DNA of 64,000 nt from NCBI RefSeq assembly GCF_006345805.1, contig NC_043002.1, positions 39,432,001 to 39,496,000 of the forward strand, read 5' to 3'. The translations under genes and the position numbers were made by a program. The notes under the pieces were generated by a model, which saw nothing but the letters and a program-made list of their open reading frames with translations, made no database searches and was not told the DNA's origin. The stretch comes from Octopus sinensis (Eukaryota). Positions 36,185-50,900 of the stretch are shown piece after piece. Numbering within the stretch: position 1 is the stretch's first letter; each line of letters begins with the position of its first letter.

Positions 36185-37689
36185 TTAAAGCAGTAGCCTT
36201 TCCCTTGAACCACCTCAAAATCCTGTCCTTGTGGTATGGTGGCTTGCCTGCTTCAGTGACTCCAAGAGCTCCTTGTAGCCCCTGCCCCATACTGCACAGG
36301 TCAACGGCTAGAGGTCAGACTAATATAGATCACCTCTTCCCAGAAGTCCTTTCTACTGTAGGCACAAATTGATTACACGAACCCAGTGCTCAGCTAGTAC
36401 TTATTACATCAGCCCCAAAATGATGAAAGGCAAAGATGACCTCAGTAGAATTTGAACCCAGAAAACTCAGAACTTAGAAAGGAATGAAATTCCACTAAGC
36501 ATTGTGCTAATGGTCTGCCACTGAACTGTACTGCACCTTGGGCAAGTGTCTTTTGTTACAGCCCCAGTTTAATCAAAGCTTTAGGGGATTTGATAGAGGA
36601 AACTGAAAGAAGCCTGTTATGTATATATATATGTGTGTGTGTGTGTATATCCTTGTCTTGGCATCACATGATGATTGTAAATGAGTGTCACTGTCATATA
36701 AGTGATGCTATTTGTTTCCAGTCTTTCTTAGAATAATATCCGGCATGGTAGGTATTATCTTGCTTGGAAATAGGTTGGCAACAGGAAGAGCATCTGACCA
36801 TAGAAAATTGACCTCAACAAATTCAAATTCTGTCCGACTCATGCAAGCTTAGAAAAGTGGACATTAAATGATGATGATGATGCAAAGCACATCAGTAATT
36901 CTTTTATTTGACCTCCTGTGTATAACGAAGTGAAAAAGATTGAATACTACTGTTCAAGACAATCACTTGCACTGCTAGATATGGCAGATGATCTTCCTCA
37001 AATTATTTCATACTGTTTTATAAAGAGAAAGATCATCTTCGATGATTTAGTCCAGGACAAAAGACAGGATGATCATAGCTTGAATGCCTTTGATAATTTG
37101 GTCAGCTCAACCAGAACTCATCTGGGTTATACAATAACAATAACAACCAGATGAACTCAGACATAAACAAATGCAATAACTGTTGCAGGGCAGCCTTTTA
37201 CTTGGTTCTATGGTACTTTATTTACTCGAGCATCCAGGTCAGAGGATAAAAGAAAGCCTTAGAGACTTGTGCTGTGGAAGAGACAGTATGAGGAAGGTGT
37301 TTGAAAGGACAAAGGCATTTCAAATGCTCTCTATCTTGTCATTTTTAATTTCTTCTTTCTGCTCCTTCTTTTACTTTTCTTTGTGAATTCTCAAGATGTA
37401 TTGCAGGCAACTAAATGAGCAGAGTGGAGAGTTTAACCATTTCTGATTATTCTATCAAATCATCATCATCATCAGTTAACCCTTCAGCATTCAGATTACT
37501 CTGTTAAATGTAACGCTTATTGTTTTGGATTAATCATGTACTACCTTGTAGCTTTGAGATTCCATTAAAGTGATTATTAGTCTTTAGAAAGACATTGTAG
37601 GGCAGATATGAGAAGCCAGATCTGGCCAGTTTAAACATAAAATGGCTGAGATATTTGGGTTTCGAACCAAATTCGACGACTGGCAGCCA

Positions 37690-38580
37690 TGCCAACCTTC
37701 CTTCATTGGACTCTAAACTCTGCTTGCAAAGACCTGTTGGGGCAAGTGAAATCGAAATCGAACCAAATTCGATGACTGGCACCCGTGCCAGTGGAGCGCT
37801 TACAGCTCCATCCAAGCGGGATCACTGCCAAAGCAGCTGTCTGGCTTCTGTGCCGGTGGCATATAAAAAGCACCATTTGAGTGTGATCGTTGCCAACGTC
37901 ACCTTACTGGCACGTGAACAAAACATTCGAGCGAGGTCGTTGCCAGTGCCGCTGGACTGACTCCTGTGCAGGTGGCATGTAAAAAACACCATTTGAGCGT
38001 GGCTGTTGCCAGTACTGCCAGACTGGCCCTCATGCCGGGGCACGTAAAAGCACCCACTACACTCTTGGAGTGGTTGGTGTTAGGAAGGGCATCCAGCTGT
38101 AGAAACTCTGCCAGATCAGGTTGTAGCCTGGTGCAGCCATCTGGTTTGCCAGTCCTCAAATCGTCCAACCCATGCTAGCATGGAAAGCAGACGTTAAATG
38201 ATGATGATGGTGATGACGATATGACTGTTTTAAACACTAAGGGGTTAAAATAAAAAAAATCAATGTCATAATAGGGAGATAATTCAAGTCCAGAGGTGCA
38301 GGATATCATTATCATCATCATCGTTTAATGTCCGCATTCCATGCTAGCATGGGTTGGATGTATGACTGAGGGCTGGTGAACCAGATGGCTGCACTAGGCT
38401 TCAATCTTGATCTGGCAGAGTTTCTACAGCTGGATGCCCTTCCTAACGCCAACTACTCCGAGAGTGTAGTGGGTGCTTTTACATGCCAGTCAGGCGGCAC
38501 TGGCAACGACCTCGCTTGAATCTTTTACACATGCCACTGGCGTGGGTGCCAGTAAGACGAAGCTGGTAACGATCATGCTA
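37690..38580. mobile_element. Two RTE 3' ends tail-to-tail (+ about 37690-38220, - about 38305-38580)
   Basis: (GAT)n at about 38200 and (CAT)n at about 38310. Confidence 0.75.
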
Positions 38581-39958
38581 TGCTGCTGGCAAAATTAGTA
38601 CCATATGCATTCTTTCACCATGATCAGGAGCAAGGAAGCTATCTAATCTTCAACAAAAAAAAAAAGTCTGATACAGAATCCTTCCAGATCATAACAACAT
38701 GATGGAAAACAAGCAAAAAAAAAAGCAGAAATAGATATTAAACTAATAATGATAACGAGTGTGACTAGCAGTATTCGTAGTCAATATGGTGGTAATGGCA
38801 GTGGTGGTGGTGGTGGTGGTGGTTTGGGATGATAAAGCTATACCAAAAGACGACTGCTGTGGAGTAGTCTTGGTTTAAATGGAATGAGCTCTCAACATAT
38901 ATATCAACTTAATTGATATTGAAAAACAGAGTATTTATTTTTATTGCAATTTATTATCTGGCAAACTTGTTATGACATATTAGGAAAGAAAGAAAAACAG
39001 TAAAAAACAAAAAAGGAAACTAAACTATACAAACTTCCATGCTCTGTTCACAGTATACCAAATATGGTCATAGTCTTTACCAAGCTTATGTGGAATGGCA
39101 GTTAAGTTTACATTCTTTAATGACATCTTACATCATCCTCATAGCCATCATCATCATCATCGGCTGTCCACTTTCTGTGCTGGCATGAATTGGACAGGTT
39201 GTCATAGTCCAAGTCAGTTCTTATTTGGAGTTACTGCCCCCCCCCCACCTCCTTATAAAGCTTTTATACTATTTTTTTTCTTTTATTTCTGCCTTTAGCT
39301 AAAATTTATAACACTTAATCATACAGCTTTTTGCCTTTTAAATGGAACAAAACAACAAGAAATATGATGCTATGAACAGTCCCTTGACCTGCTAGAAATA
39401 GAAGACAAATCTCATTCATATCACACCCTACCATCATTGTCATCATTATCATCATCATCATCATCATTAATGTCTGCTTTCCATGCTGGTATGGGTTGGA
39501 TGGATTTGACAGGTAACCAGCAAGTTTGCAAGGCTATGTTGAGCTCTACTGTCTTTGTTGGCATGGTTTCTATGATTGGATACCCTTCTTAATGCCAACC
39601 TCTTAGCAGAGTGCATTGGGTGTATTTTATGTAACTTCAAGATTGAAAAAGAACAGGGAAGAAGGAAAAGGAAAATGTTCTCACTACTCAGAGGAAGTAT
39701 TTTGGAGAAAGTCAATATGGGTGACCTTATCTCAGGAAGTGAAAGGATAAAGTATGATAGAAGGATAAGCACAGGTGTCTTGCTGCAGAGGAGATATATG
39801 GCAAAAACAAAGGGACCCATTGAGTAATATGGCCCTGGATTCTCTACACAGAAAAAAAAAAAGACAGGATGGTCACAATTGGAATGCCTTTGATCATAGC
39901 TTTGAGTGCTTGATCAGGTTAGCCTTAAGTTAAATGATAACAAGATAAAAAAAAAAAT

Positions 39959-40297
39959 GGGGTAAAGACCCTCTTCAGTCATGAATGACCAAGGAATTGC
40001 ACCTAGAAAGTTACCCTCCAAAGCACAAGTCTAAGCTAGGTTGTTTATGGAAGACCAGCAGTCACCTATGCATACCAGCCTTTCTTCTCCATGTCACCAG
40101 TGTTATCCAAAGGAAAGGCAGAGGCCAGTACAGCTTGGCATCAGTAACGTCGCAATTCATTTCAACAGATGAGTGAACTGGAACAACATGAAATAAAGTG
40201 TCTTGCTCAAGAACACAACACACAGCCTGGACTGAAAATTGAACTCACTACCTCATGATTGTGAGCCTGATGCTCTCCCCACTAAGTCATGCACCTT
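39959..40297 (-). mobile_element. tRNA-headed SINE family D, full length
   Basis: Minus strand ggtgcatgacttagtgg...gagttcaatt...gtgttcttgagcaagacac...gggtctttaccc; homologous to 42802-43126. Confidence 0.8.
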
Positions 40298-40469
40298 CAC
40301 AACAACAGCAACCTCTACATTGTACCAATTCACAATGAGAGTTTGTTCAAAACAGACACTGCAAAGTACCAGTGCAACAAGATATGAATTATGGTCAATA
40401 GTCCAACATTGTGCTGAACTGCCAAACTGTATCTGTTTTAATATTTTGAATAGCCTTTTCCAGAATCAA

Positions 40470-40875
40470 AATCAACATCAATGGAAATTGTAGCTGTGAT
40501 ACCAGTGCCGGTGGCAAGTAAGCGAACCATTCAAACGTGGCCATTGCAAGCGCTGCCCCGACAGGCCTCCATGCCGGTGGCATGTAAAAAGCACCATCTG
40601 ATCGTGGCCATTGCCAACCCCGCCTGGCCCCCGTGCCGGTGGCACGTATAAAGCACCATCCGACCGTGGCCGTTTGCCAGCCCTGTCTGGCACGTAAAAA
40701 GCATCCACTACACTCATGGAGTGGTTGGCGTTAGGAAGGGCATCCAGCCGTAGAAACATTACCAGATCAGACTGGGCCTAGTGCAGCCTCCTGGCTTCCC
40801 AGACCCCAGTTGAACCGTCCAAGCCATGCTAGCATGGAAAGCGGATGCTAAATGATGATGATGATGATGATGAAA
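40470..40875 (+). mobile_element. RTE LINE 3' UTR
   Basis: Tandem units and (GAT)n tail; near-identical 5' junction to the copy at 5290. Confidence 0.85.
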
Positions 40876-42801
40876 TCAAATGTGTAATTAACACCAACAA
40901 CATACTTTAAGACTTTAAAATACATTCTAAAGAACAAAACAGCATGACATTATTTAATTTCATCTGCTTCTTGTTTATTTTTCATTCTTAGTAACTACTT
41001 AGTTCTTACGTTTTATGTTCTTTACAAAATATCTCATTAAAAATCACTAGTTTGAAGTAGGCTAATCTTTCAGTTTTATTTTTAAAATCAGCATTTATAT
41101 GCAGTAATGGTCTTAAATCAAAGATGATAGATATATTTTAAATATATTGATAATGTATATAATATTTGAAATATTAAAATTGGCCATTCTGCAAGATTAT
41201 TAATGAGAAATAGCTTAGCTTTATTCATTTGTTTGTTCATTTTATGTCCATTTTTTTCCCCATGTTTGCATGGGTTGGAAAATTTTGTTATTTGAGGCAT
41301 CGTTTTATAGGAAAATGCACCTCTTGGCACTAACCCATACCTGTTCTTCAAGTAAAGGATCATTTATTCCACACAGCTTCCAAGACACAAAGTACTTGGG
41401 TGATTTGTTGACAAGAAACACTGACAATAACACCGACAGCTGCACTTCCACAAAAGCAATGGCAGGCATAAACTAATACAAACACACACACACACACATA
41501 CATGCATACATTTGTCTTCTTTCAATTTCTGTCTATCAAAACCACTCACAAGATTTGGTCATCTAGGGCTATAGTAGAAGGCACTTGCCCAAAGCACCAC
41601 ACAGTGGTAGTCTTCCTGATGAAAAGTAATGATAAAAAAATACTGACATACTCAAGTTTTCACCTACCACCTTAAAAAAAAATGGAATCATTAGATTATG
41701 TAGTTCTGGGTTCTCTATACAGATAAAAGAAGGGAACAGAATGATCATGGCTGGAATACCTATGATCATAGGTCTACTCGATGAGGTTGGTCAGAAGTTA
41801 ATGTCTTTACTTAAATAATAAAGAATTTGTGCAGCAGCAACCAGCAGAAATATTGCCATTCTCCTATAACCCTATATTTTCCCCATGGCTTCTGAGACAG
41901 GTGGAAGGAAGGTAAGTAGTTATCCTCAATGCAAAGACCTTACTTGTATTCTTGCAACTGAGTTAGCTATGCTAAAAGCATCCAAGGGCCAAATAATAGT
42001 TTTACAATGGGTAATTCTACCACTCAAGAATTCAGAAGACAAAGAACCTGAACAAATATCATAAGGCATATCATGAACTAACAATTCTTCCAATCCATTA
42101 GCTTTGACTGGCACTTTGTTTTATTTGCTCTCAAAGAATGAAAGAGAAAGTTTACTTTGGTATGATTTGAACTCAGAACACAGAGTGCCAGAATAGATAC
42201 TACAAGGCATTTTGTTGTATGCTTTAAATGACTCAGTTAATTCACTGGCCATTATAAAGATAATGAAATAAGTCAATGAGGTAGTCTCTATTTGGTTGAT
42301 GAGTTTGCTAGAAACGACAGTCAAATCTGTCAAGTCTCCCTCAGATTACTCTACCATTTAAAAAAGCAAAAAAAAAAAGAAAAGAAAATGACATATCTAA
42401 TGTAATCCTGAATGCATTTTGCCCCCAAAATAATAGATAGGATAGTCATGGGAACACCTCTGATTGTAGGCCTGCTGTTGTTTAACCTCCAGATTAGCCT
42501 GGAGTTAAACAGCTATGGCCACTACAAGCCAATAAGCATGTCTGCATATGGTCATTCATCCTTCTAGAAATAACAGCCTATAGTCTTAAAGAAGAAATAA
42601 AGGACATGAGACATCAAGGAAGCCTCTACATGGTCACTCAACTTTCGCCAAATCTCTCACAAATGGTACTGTATTATGATAGAAAAAGAAGAAAAGTTGT
42701 ATAATGTAATGTTAGATACATTGCCTGAAAAGAAACACTGGATGGTAAAAGCTTGAATGTCTTTGATCACAGGAGTCTTTTGATTAGGGCTGAACTTCAA
42801 A

Positions 42802-43126
42802 GGGTAAAGACACCCTTCAGTCATAAATGACCATGGGTTTGCACTAAGAAATTACCCTCCAAAGCACAAGTCTGGACAAGATCGTTTATGGAAGATAAGC
42901 AGTCACCCATGCATACCAGTCTCCCCTCTCCACACCACTGATGTTATCCAAAGGAAAGGCAAAGGCTGATACAGCTTGGTACCAGTGATGTCACAACACA
43001 TTTTCACAGCTGAGTGAACTGGAGCAATGTGAAATAAAGTGTCTTGCTCAAGAGCACAACACATAGCCCAGTCTGGGAATCAAACTCACAACCTCATGAT
43101 CACGCTCTAACCACTGAGCCATGTGC
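42802..43126 (-). mobile_element. SINE family D, full length
   Basis: Homologous to 39959-40297. Confidence 0.8.
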
Positions 43127-44464
43127 TAAACTGTATACTTGTAAAAAAAATGATGGGGTGATCACAGCTATTGACTGACTACTTATGTGCTATAGGCTGT
43201 ACATTCAGGGCTCATCTAGGGCTAATACAAAAACAAGAATGGAAGAAAAATTATTTAAGTGATCAGTTTTGTGAACCCCAACAACAGATCATAATGTTAA
43301 TTTTTTTAGCTTCAGTTCTTAAGTGAATTAGGGAGGAAGCTCCTGGATAACAAAGTAACATCACCAGAAAATCTAGTACCAGTTCCTGGCATTTAAATGA
43401 ATTGGGGCATGTAGAATTAAGTGCCATGCCCAGAGATTTATTTTGTGAGTTACTTAATGACTTTGCTAGTACTGGAGCCACACAAAATGCTCTCAGTATT
43501 CTCTGTAATGAGGTTAGCACTAAGGAAGGCATCCAGCCATAAAAACCATGCCAAGGCAGACATTGGAACTTGGCACAACCCTTAGACTCACCAGCTCCTG
43601 TTGAACCATCCAATCCATGCTAGCATGGAAAACAGATGTTAAATGATGACGATAATGGTAGTGGTGGTGGTTGTGATAATGATAGTTTAAAATATTGTAC
43701 CAAGAAATGTCATTACATTTAACATTTAATTTTAATGAAAATATTTGTGATCAAGAATAGATGTTTTTTCAGACACCATTTAAGGGTGCATAAATAATCT
43801 TAAAAGAAATACTCAAAAGCTTCACAGCCAGATCATTTAATCAATTCTGACATTCTCAGGTTGGACGTAATATATGCAAAATTATGAATGAATTCTGAAT
43901 GAAATGAATTCAGCATATTTCTTGCCTGTTTTACCATACTAAAGTCACTGATCTTGTGCTACTTTCCCTCAGGCCAGAATGAAATGATTTGGTGCAGCTG
44001 TTTGGATGCTGAAAATTTGGTATAGCTGACTGGATATTGAACTTGGCTTAGCAACAGTACTTTTTGGCCCTGGAGGTAGACAAACACATACACACACAGA
44101 AATACACAGATAGAGAGAGGGAGAGACATCAGTTTATCAATACAACATGACTGACATAAGCACTTTCCCTCTCCTTAAATATACATAAAGGGAAATATAC
44201 TCACACACATAAACAGAGAGAAAGTTGGGAGAGGAAGAGAATGAGAGAAACATTAAAATGTCTGATGTTAAATAAGTCAGCTTCAGTCAGTGACACCAAA
44301 TAAATGAAGCCAAAATGTCTCATATACTCCACACACACTCCTGACTCACTCGTCTCTTTTACTTTTGTTATCACCCTAGCCCCTGCAATAATTACTATGT
44401 CCAGGCTTTTCTCCTTAAAACAGTAGCCCTTTGGAACCACCTCCCTGCACATGTGTCTCTAAGT

Positions 44465-44800
44465 CCATCTAACCCTTATTCTGAGGTCACTGATCCCTAG
44501 TCTATGTTGAGTGGCACATTGTTCAGAGAAAAGACTTAATATTCACAACCAGCTGTCTGAGCCATTTCCTGATTATTAAGTCTATTTGACTTGCATGTTC
44601 CCCTGTTTAGTAGATTATCAGGTAGCTGGCCAGTATCTTAGAAGTTCGAGCTGCAAATGGTTAAGTCATTTGCATTACAAAACTCCAAGAGCCTCGATCC
44701 TTCTTCATTCCGTCTATCATCTATAACTTCCATATACACTGGAATAGCCATTATGCCATTGCTTAACATGTCTGTTAACCCTTGCTGCGTGAGAACTGAG
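44465..44800 (-). mobile_element. RTE LINE apurinic-endonuclease domain remnant
   Basis: RNEEGSRLLEFCNANDLTICSSNF, SQID, ISDLRIR with stops and frameshifts. Confidence 0.8.
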
Positions 44801-46655
44801 TATACTCAATTCTATGTATGTGTACTTGAGACACAGGAACAGAGTTAACTCATTTTTTATATAAGACACTTTCCAGAATTCTCCACATTTTGTATGATGT
44901 AGTACTAGTACACACACTTTTTTACTGGTCAATAGAAAGATGTTGTGAGAACTAATTTGCATGTGCTTAGCATACTACACTATCAGCAAAATTTAATTAG
45001 CACAGTGAGAGTTAAAGTCACAAGTCATGACAATGAGTTTATTGTCATTTATTTACTGAAGTAGTCTGCAAGAAGGCCTCTAAGAAATAGCTCTTTTGTT
45101 CATCTGTTTTTCCAAGCTATAATACATATATAGAGAGATATTACTTCAGTTATTGTGTGGCTCATAATATTCTAAAGTTATTTATTGTCACATATTCTGA
45201 CAACCTCAATTACGTATTCTATCCATTCCAACAAAATATCTTGGTACTCTTATCCACCCAGAAGAATTTGTGTCCTTGATTATGAAGAGTTTGGCTCATA
45301 CTCTCATTCCATCACACTTCTTACAGCATACATTCTCCTCACTTCTCCTCGGACATATCTACAATCTCAACAGATCGATCTAATAGAAAGAGGGGAGTTT
45401 CTGATGATGAGTGGATTGTTTGATGTTTTCTACACCTGAAGAGAGTTGGTACAAATCATATTTGATGACAATCGATGGGTTGTCACACATGGCCAAATGT
45501 TCCTTCCTACCTGACCACCCTACTACCATGTGTAATACTTTTATGGTAAGTGCATATGTAAATATAAATACACATGGAAATATAATTTCATAAAGGTGAA
45601 CTTTGCTTTGTAATATTTGTCAGTTAACTTCATTATTCATCATCTACTCAGGTAGCAATAAATCAACACTAATCAACTATACACCTATCTCTCTCTCTCT
45701 CTCTCTCTCTGCCACCACCGACTGATAACCTTGTACCAAATGTTAGAAATCAATATTTGAGAATTACAGTAAAAGTAAATTTTCACATGCTTAATCCATT
45801 TGCTGATGCAAGAACTCAGAAGAATGGCACTTTAATATACTCATAATATCTAAAGTGATTCTTACCACTCAGCTACTTTCTGAAATTAAACGAAATACTG
45901 ATTTTGGACAACTATTTTCCACTCTGTCCTAAATATGCAAGCCTGTTAAATTTATTGATTTTTCAGTTCTATAAATTATATTTGTAACATTGGCCTATTT
46001 AACTCTCTGGTTATTTTCCATATCAAGTCTATTTTTACTTATACTTTTCCAGTTTTCATTCTTCTCTGTGAACCACATCATCTTGAAGTGTTGATGAGAA
46101 TGCTTGAGTTAGACCAATTCTTCTGATGGAATTTCAATTATACATTCTATAACCACTGGATTTGATGATTATAGAATTATTGAATTATATTAATACATTT
46201 ATTTCTGTTCACATAACCCAACACAAGTAGTAATTTTTATCAGAAAATATTTATTTTTAAATCTATTAAATTTCTGATCATCCTTTATCACTTATAAATA
46301 AGATGTAATGATTATATTTTATATGCTATTATAAAGATTTTATGATCAAGAACAATCTTTTTATATGTTCTGTCTGCAAATTCTATAAATCTGCTTATTT
46401 CTCTTGTAATAATTATAATTTAAAATTTTGGCACAGGGCCAGCATTTTCAGGGAAGGGGATAAGTTGATTATACCAACCACAGTGTTCAATTGGTACTTA
46501 TTTTATCAACCCCAAAGGGATGAAAGACAAAGTCAACCTCAGCAAAATTTGAACCCACAATGTAAAGACAGATAAAATGCTGCTAAATATTTTGCCTGGT
46601 ATGCTAATGATTCTACCAGCTCACCACCTTTTCACTAATAATAATAATAATAATA

Positions 46656-46707
<52 letters not shown>

Positions 46708-46708
<1 letters not shown>

Positions 46709-47261
46709 CCCTGATGCACTACCAAGCAGTGGCTCTCATGGCTTCTGATCTTAACTGATTGGAAGTGTTATCATGTACATTGTTTTGTCTTGGTATAAAA
46801 GATGGGCTACAGCAAATATTCTGCTCAATACTGCAGATTTGCTTGTCAGTTGTTTGACTGTAACCAGTTGAGTATGTCCCTTAGTGGCTGATGATATGTG
46901 CATCTCTGATCACAAGCAGAAGTAGTGGGGGAGCATCATAGCCGTGTGTTGAAAGGAATTATTAGAGGTTTGGATAATTCACCTTTGGAAACATGGGTGG
47001 CTTGTTCAACATCCTTAAACAATCTTTATTCAGGGACCTTTTGAGCAGGATGGGCTACTCGACCAGAAGAAAATTCTAACTGGGCCCCACCTGCAAGGTC
47101 ATGTACTGTTTATCTTGATATGAAATCACTATGTCACACACATATGGTTGTGATGCATGTGCCTGGTGTACCCTTATCAGACAGGTAGTCATGATGGGTA
47201 TACTGGACTTCGTATATTTTACCCCAGTGTTACTTTGAATGCATGCACTGCTCTCTCACTC
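46708..47261. repeat. Interspersed repeat bracketed by (AAT)n arrays
   Basis: Partial homolog at about 15975-16185 (gcaaatattctg...cccttagtggctga...catcatagcc); class undetermined. Confidence 0.6.
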
Positions 47262-47296
<35 letters not shown>

Positions 47297-48219
47297 TGGT
47301 GATAATAATAATAATTGCCATCGTTTTAATGTCCACTTTGCATGGGTCAGATGGAATTCATTGAGTCAGATTCTCTATTTCTGGGCACCCTTTCTGTCAC
47401 CAACCCTTGCCTGTTTCCAAGTAAGCTAATATTGTCACATGGCTAGACATGTTTACATGGAAGATTGAAAATGAATGACACTGCATATATAACACAATGT
47501 CACACAATACCAAGCTGAGAAGGTTGAAATACACACACACACATGCAGTCATGTATTTATCTTTCAGTGTCAGTTTACCAAATCTACTTACAAGGCTTTG
47601 GTCAGCCTGAAGCTATATTAGAAGACAGACTCTTGCAGAAGATACCATACAGTGGAACTGAACTTGAAACCACTTAGTTGGGAAGCAAACTTGTTAACCA
47701 TACAGCCATACCTGCACCTATTCTAAAATTCTGTGTAGTGCACTATAAATTCATAATATTTAATATGTTCATCCATTGGAGTGATGAAGACCATCAAATC
47801 ATCCTTAGCGATGACTGATGACTTGTGATTTTGTTTAGAGTGAAGAAAAAGTTGCAACCTGTTATCCTCACTCCCTTTTCCATGACCATCTTCAGTCTCT
47901 TGGCAAGACAAGTCCAGGTCAATGGGGGTGGACATAGGTGCAGTGGATGACCAAGATGTCTTACTTACCTCATCTTGCTCACTGCATTCCACAATGCATT
48001 GCTGCAACTGTATTCCCCTCCATTGGACCATGAAGGTTTCTTCCACAGAGTCTGCCAGATCCAGTCTTCACATGCATTGGTAGGTAAGCCCTAATATCCT
48101 AACTAACCCATTGCTGGGACCCTGACAGGTGCTGCTGCTCTGGGTCAGAGTAGGCCTGGAGTTAATAGTGACTGAGAGATGGTTCACACTCCTCAAAATA
48201 AGTTCATAGGACAATAATA

Positions 48220-49037
48220 CAAGGTGGGTACTTAAAAGAAACCAGAATTTTGCAATATTAATTCATTCACTTACACTTTTATCACCTTCAAAGTATTCTC
48301 CATTTGAAGCAATGCATTGATCCAGACGTGTTTTCCTATGTTTGAAGCAGTCCTTGAACTCTAGCAAGTGATACCTTTTAACACCTCTGTAGTTATTCAC
48401 CTCTTCCACTTCTACAAGTTCTGTAGCACCAGCTTTCATCACCAGTGATAACCTTCAGAAATCAACTTCCAACTGCTCTTTCAGTTCATGACACACATTC
48501 ACAAATTTTGCTGCAACTCCTTTCATTCGCAATTCCTCACTCAAAATTCATTGGCAGGAGCTCCAAAACCCACCAGTCATATCAACAAATTTTCTACTGT
48601 TTGGTGATCAGTTCATGAATTTTCATGATGTTTTCATTTGTTCAGGAGGTCAATGGTTGCCCTGAACAAGGTTGGTTTTCAAGTGACAAGTGACCATTCC
48701 TAAAGCATGGAAACCACTTGAAACTTGTGTTTTGCTCATGATAACATCCTTGTAAGCTGTTTGAAGCATGACAACTGTTTCAGCTGCCGTTTTTCCCAGC
48801 AGTAAACAGAATTTCACAGAAGCATGCTGTTCCTCCATTTCAGCCATTGCAAAAATCTATGAACAAGGGTGAAGCACTGCTTAACAAAGATGCACCACAT
48901 AGCAGTACAACATCAACGATGCTGGTTGGTAAACTGATGGCTGAAGGTTACATCAAGTGGCTTTTAGTGGCGAAAGCCTGAACTACAATGGGCTTGTTCC
49001 ACAGATAATGTTTCTGGTTACTTTAGGAATCTCCTTG
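48220..49037 (-). mobile_element. Internally deleted mariner element with both TIRs
   Basis: TA flanks at 48218-19 and 49038-39; N-terminus EQHASVKFCLLLGKTAAETVVML and C-terminus CIASNGEYFEGD; only 818 bp. Confidence 0.88.
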
Positions 49038-49799
49038 TATAGTCCTGGATATATCATCATCTTCTAACATCTATTCTCCATGCTAGCATGGGTTGGGCAG
49101 CTTGATAAAAGTTGGCCAGCTGGGGAGCTGCTGAGGCTTCATATCTCTGTTTGGTATGGTTTTTCATGGCTGGATGCCCTTCCTAATGCCAACCACTTTA
49201 CACTTTACAGAATGTACTGAGTATTTTTCCTGTGGCATCAGCATTGGCAAGATCTGCTTTAGCAAGGTTTTTATGATTGGTTTCCCTTCCTAATGTCAAC
49301 CACATCACAGAGTGGAATGGATGCTTTTATATTGTACCAGCACAGGCACACTAAGCAATGAAAGAAAATGACAGAATGGTTATCACTTAAATGCTATTAA
49401 TCAAAGGTGTGCTCAACCAGGGACTAACGTGAGTTAAAAATATATAAAAAAAAAACAACATATAATGGATATTTTGAAAGCAGTAGATGTAGGAAAAAAC
49501 AAACTAGATGGACATTTGTTGTTGTATTACAAAACAATGACCTTTATTTTTTCTTTTTAAATTCAAGTGCAATGTATCCATTGAGAAAGAAGACCATTCG
49601 ATATATTGAAGCATAATGAAGTCCATCTGACAAATGCAACTTTCAATCATAGACAGTATTGTTTTCTCTCAACAGAAAGACGGCATATTATGTTTTGAGA
49701 AGATCAGCTAATTACTGAAAATCAATGGAATATTGTCCATCTTGAAAAGAATTACCACTTTGCATGGCATACAGACAGCCTATCAGTGTCAGTGAGTTT

Positions 49800-49880
49800 G
49801 TGTGCATTATATATTTGTGTGTGTGTGCGTGCATGTGTGTGTGTGTGTGTATTATATTCATATATATATATATATATAAT

Positions 49881-49937
<57 letters not shown>

Positions 49938-49978
49938 ATGTATATATATAATGTATATATATATATATTATATATATA

Positions 49979-50017
<39 letters not shown>

Positions 50018-50131
50018 CATCATCATTGTTTAATGTCTGCCTTCCATGCTATCCAATCCATGCCAGCATGGAAGGTGGATGTTAAACGAAGATAGTGATG
50101 ATATATATGTGTGTGTGTGTGTGTGTATATA

Positions 50132-50179
<48 letters not shown>

Positions 50180-50686
50180 CATCATCATTGTTTAATGTCT
50201 GCCTTCCATGCTATCCAATCCATGCCAGCATGGAAGGTGGATGTTAAACGAAGATAGTGATGATATATATGTGTGTGTGTGTGTGTATATATATATATGT
50301 ATGTATATGTATATGTGTGTATATATGTGTATATCTATGTATATATATATATATGTATATATGTGTATGTATGTATATATATGTGTATATATATATGTGT
50401 GTGTGTGTATATATATGTATGTGTCTGTGTATGTGTGCATGTGTATACACACATTTATGTGTGTGTATATATATATATATATGAATGTGTGTATACATAT
50501 ATTTAAACATATACACACACATACATGTATATATTTTTATGTGGGAGAAGGTCTTTATGTGCAAATTTTTGTGTATGTGTGTGATGTTTCCAGGAATATG
50601 CTGATGTATCTATGTATCTTTCTGAATGTGTACATACAGAAAGTGCATGAGTTTTTGTATATATTTGTGTTTTACATGTGCAGCAC

Positions 50687-50732
<46 letters not shown>

Positions 50733-50900
50733 CACGTGCTTGTTTGTGCCTTCTCATGCCTCTGGTTTTTTGCCTGTCTGTGCATGTTAGGCAGTTGTGT
50801 ATGTATGCGTGGGTACACATAGCTTTGGGTGCATACTATATGTCAACATTCTATACTTTGATATTTATATATACATTTATGCATGTGTGTGTGTAAAGTG
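49800..50900. repeat. Compound (TA)n/(TG)n microsatellite block
   Basis: Direct reading; source of the YIYI/CVCV pseudo-ORFs. Confidence 0.95.

Noticed and set aside
36918-37420. ORF 36918-37154 and a stop-interrupted minus frame (CLQYILRIHKEK*KKEQ...) as gene or pseudogene
   Set aside because: No recognisable homolog or consistent splice sites; partly overlaps a dispersed repeat.
38590-47990. Scattered minus-strand exon candidates (LDSFLAPDHGERMHM; IQFGSSAQCWTIDHNSYLVAL; ...SVARIQ; ...CSEQDE) as an upstream gene
   Set aside because: Phases do not chain consistently and no protein family is recognised; expected by chance at this length.
47723-48046. 107-aa minus ORF
   Set aside because: No identifiable domain, adjoins repeat-derived sequence; probably a decayed retroelement.
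49764-50896. Long YIYI/CVCV/HTHT ORFs, including the 204-aa one
   Set aside because: Dinucleotide microsatellites lack stop codons; not coding.
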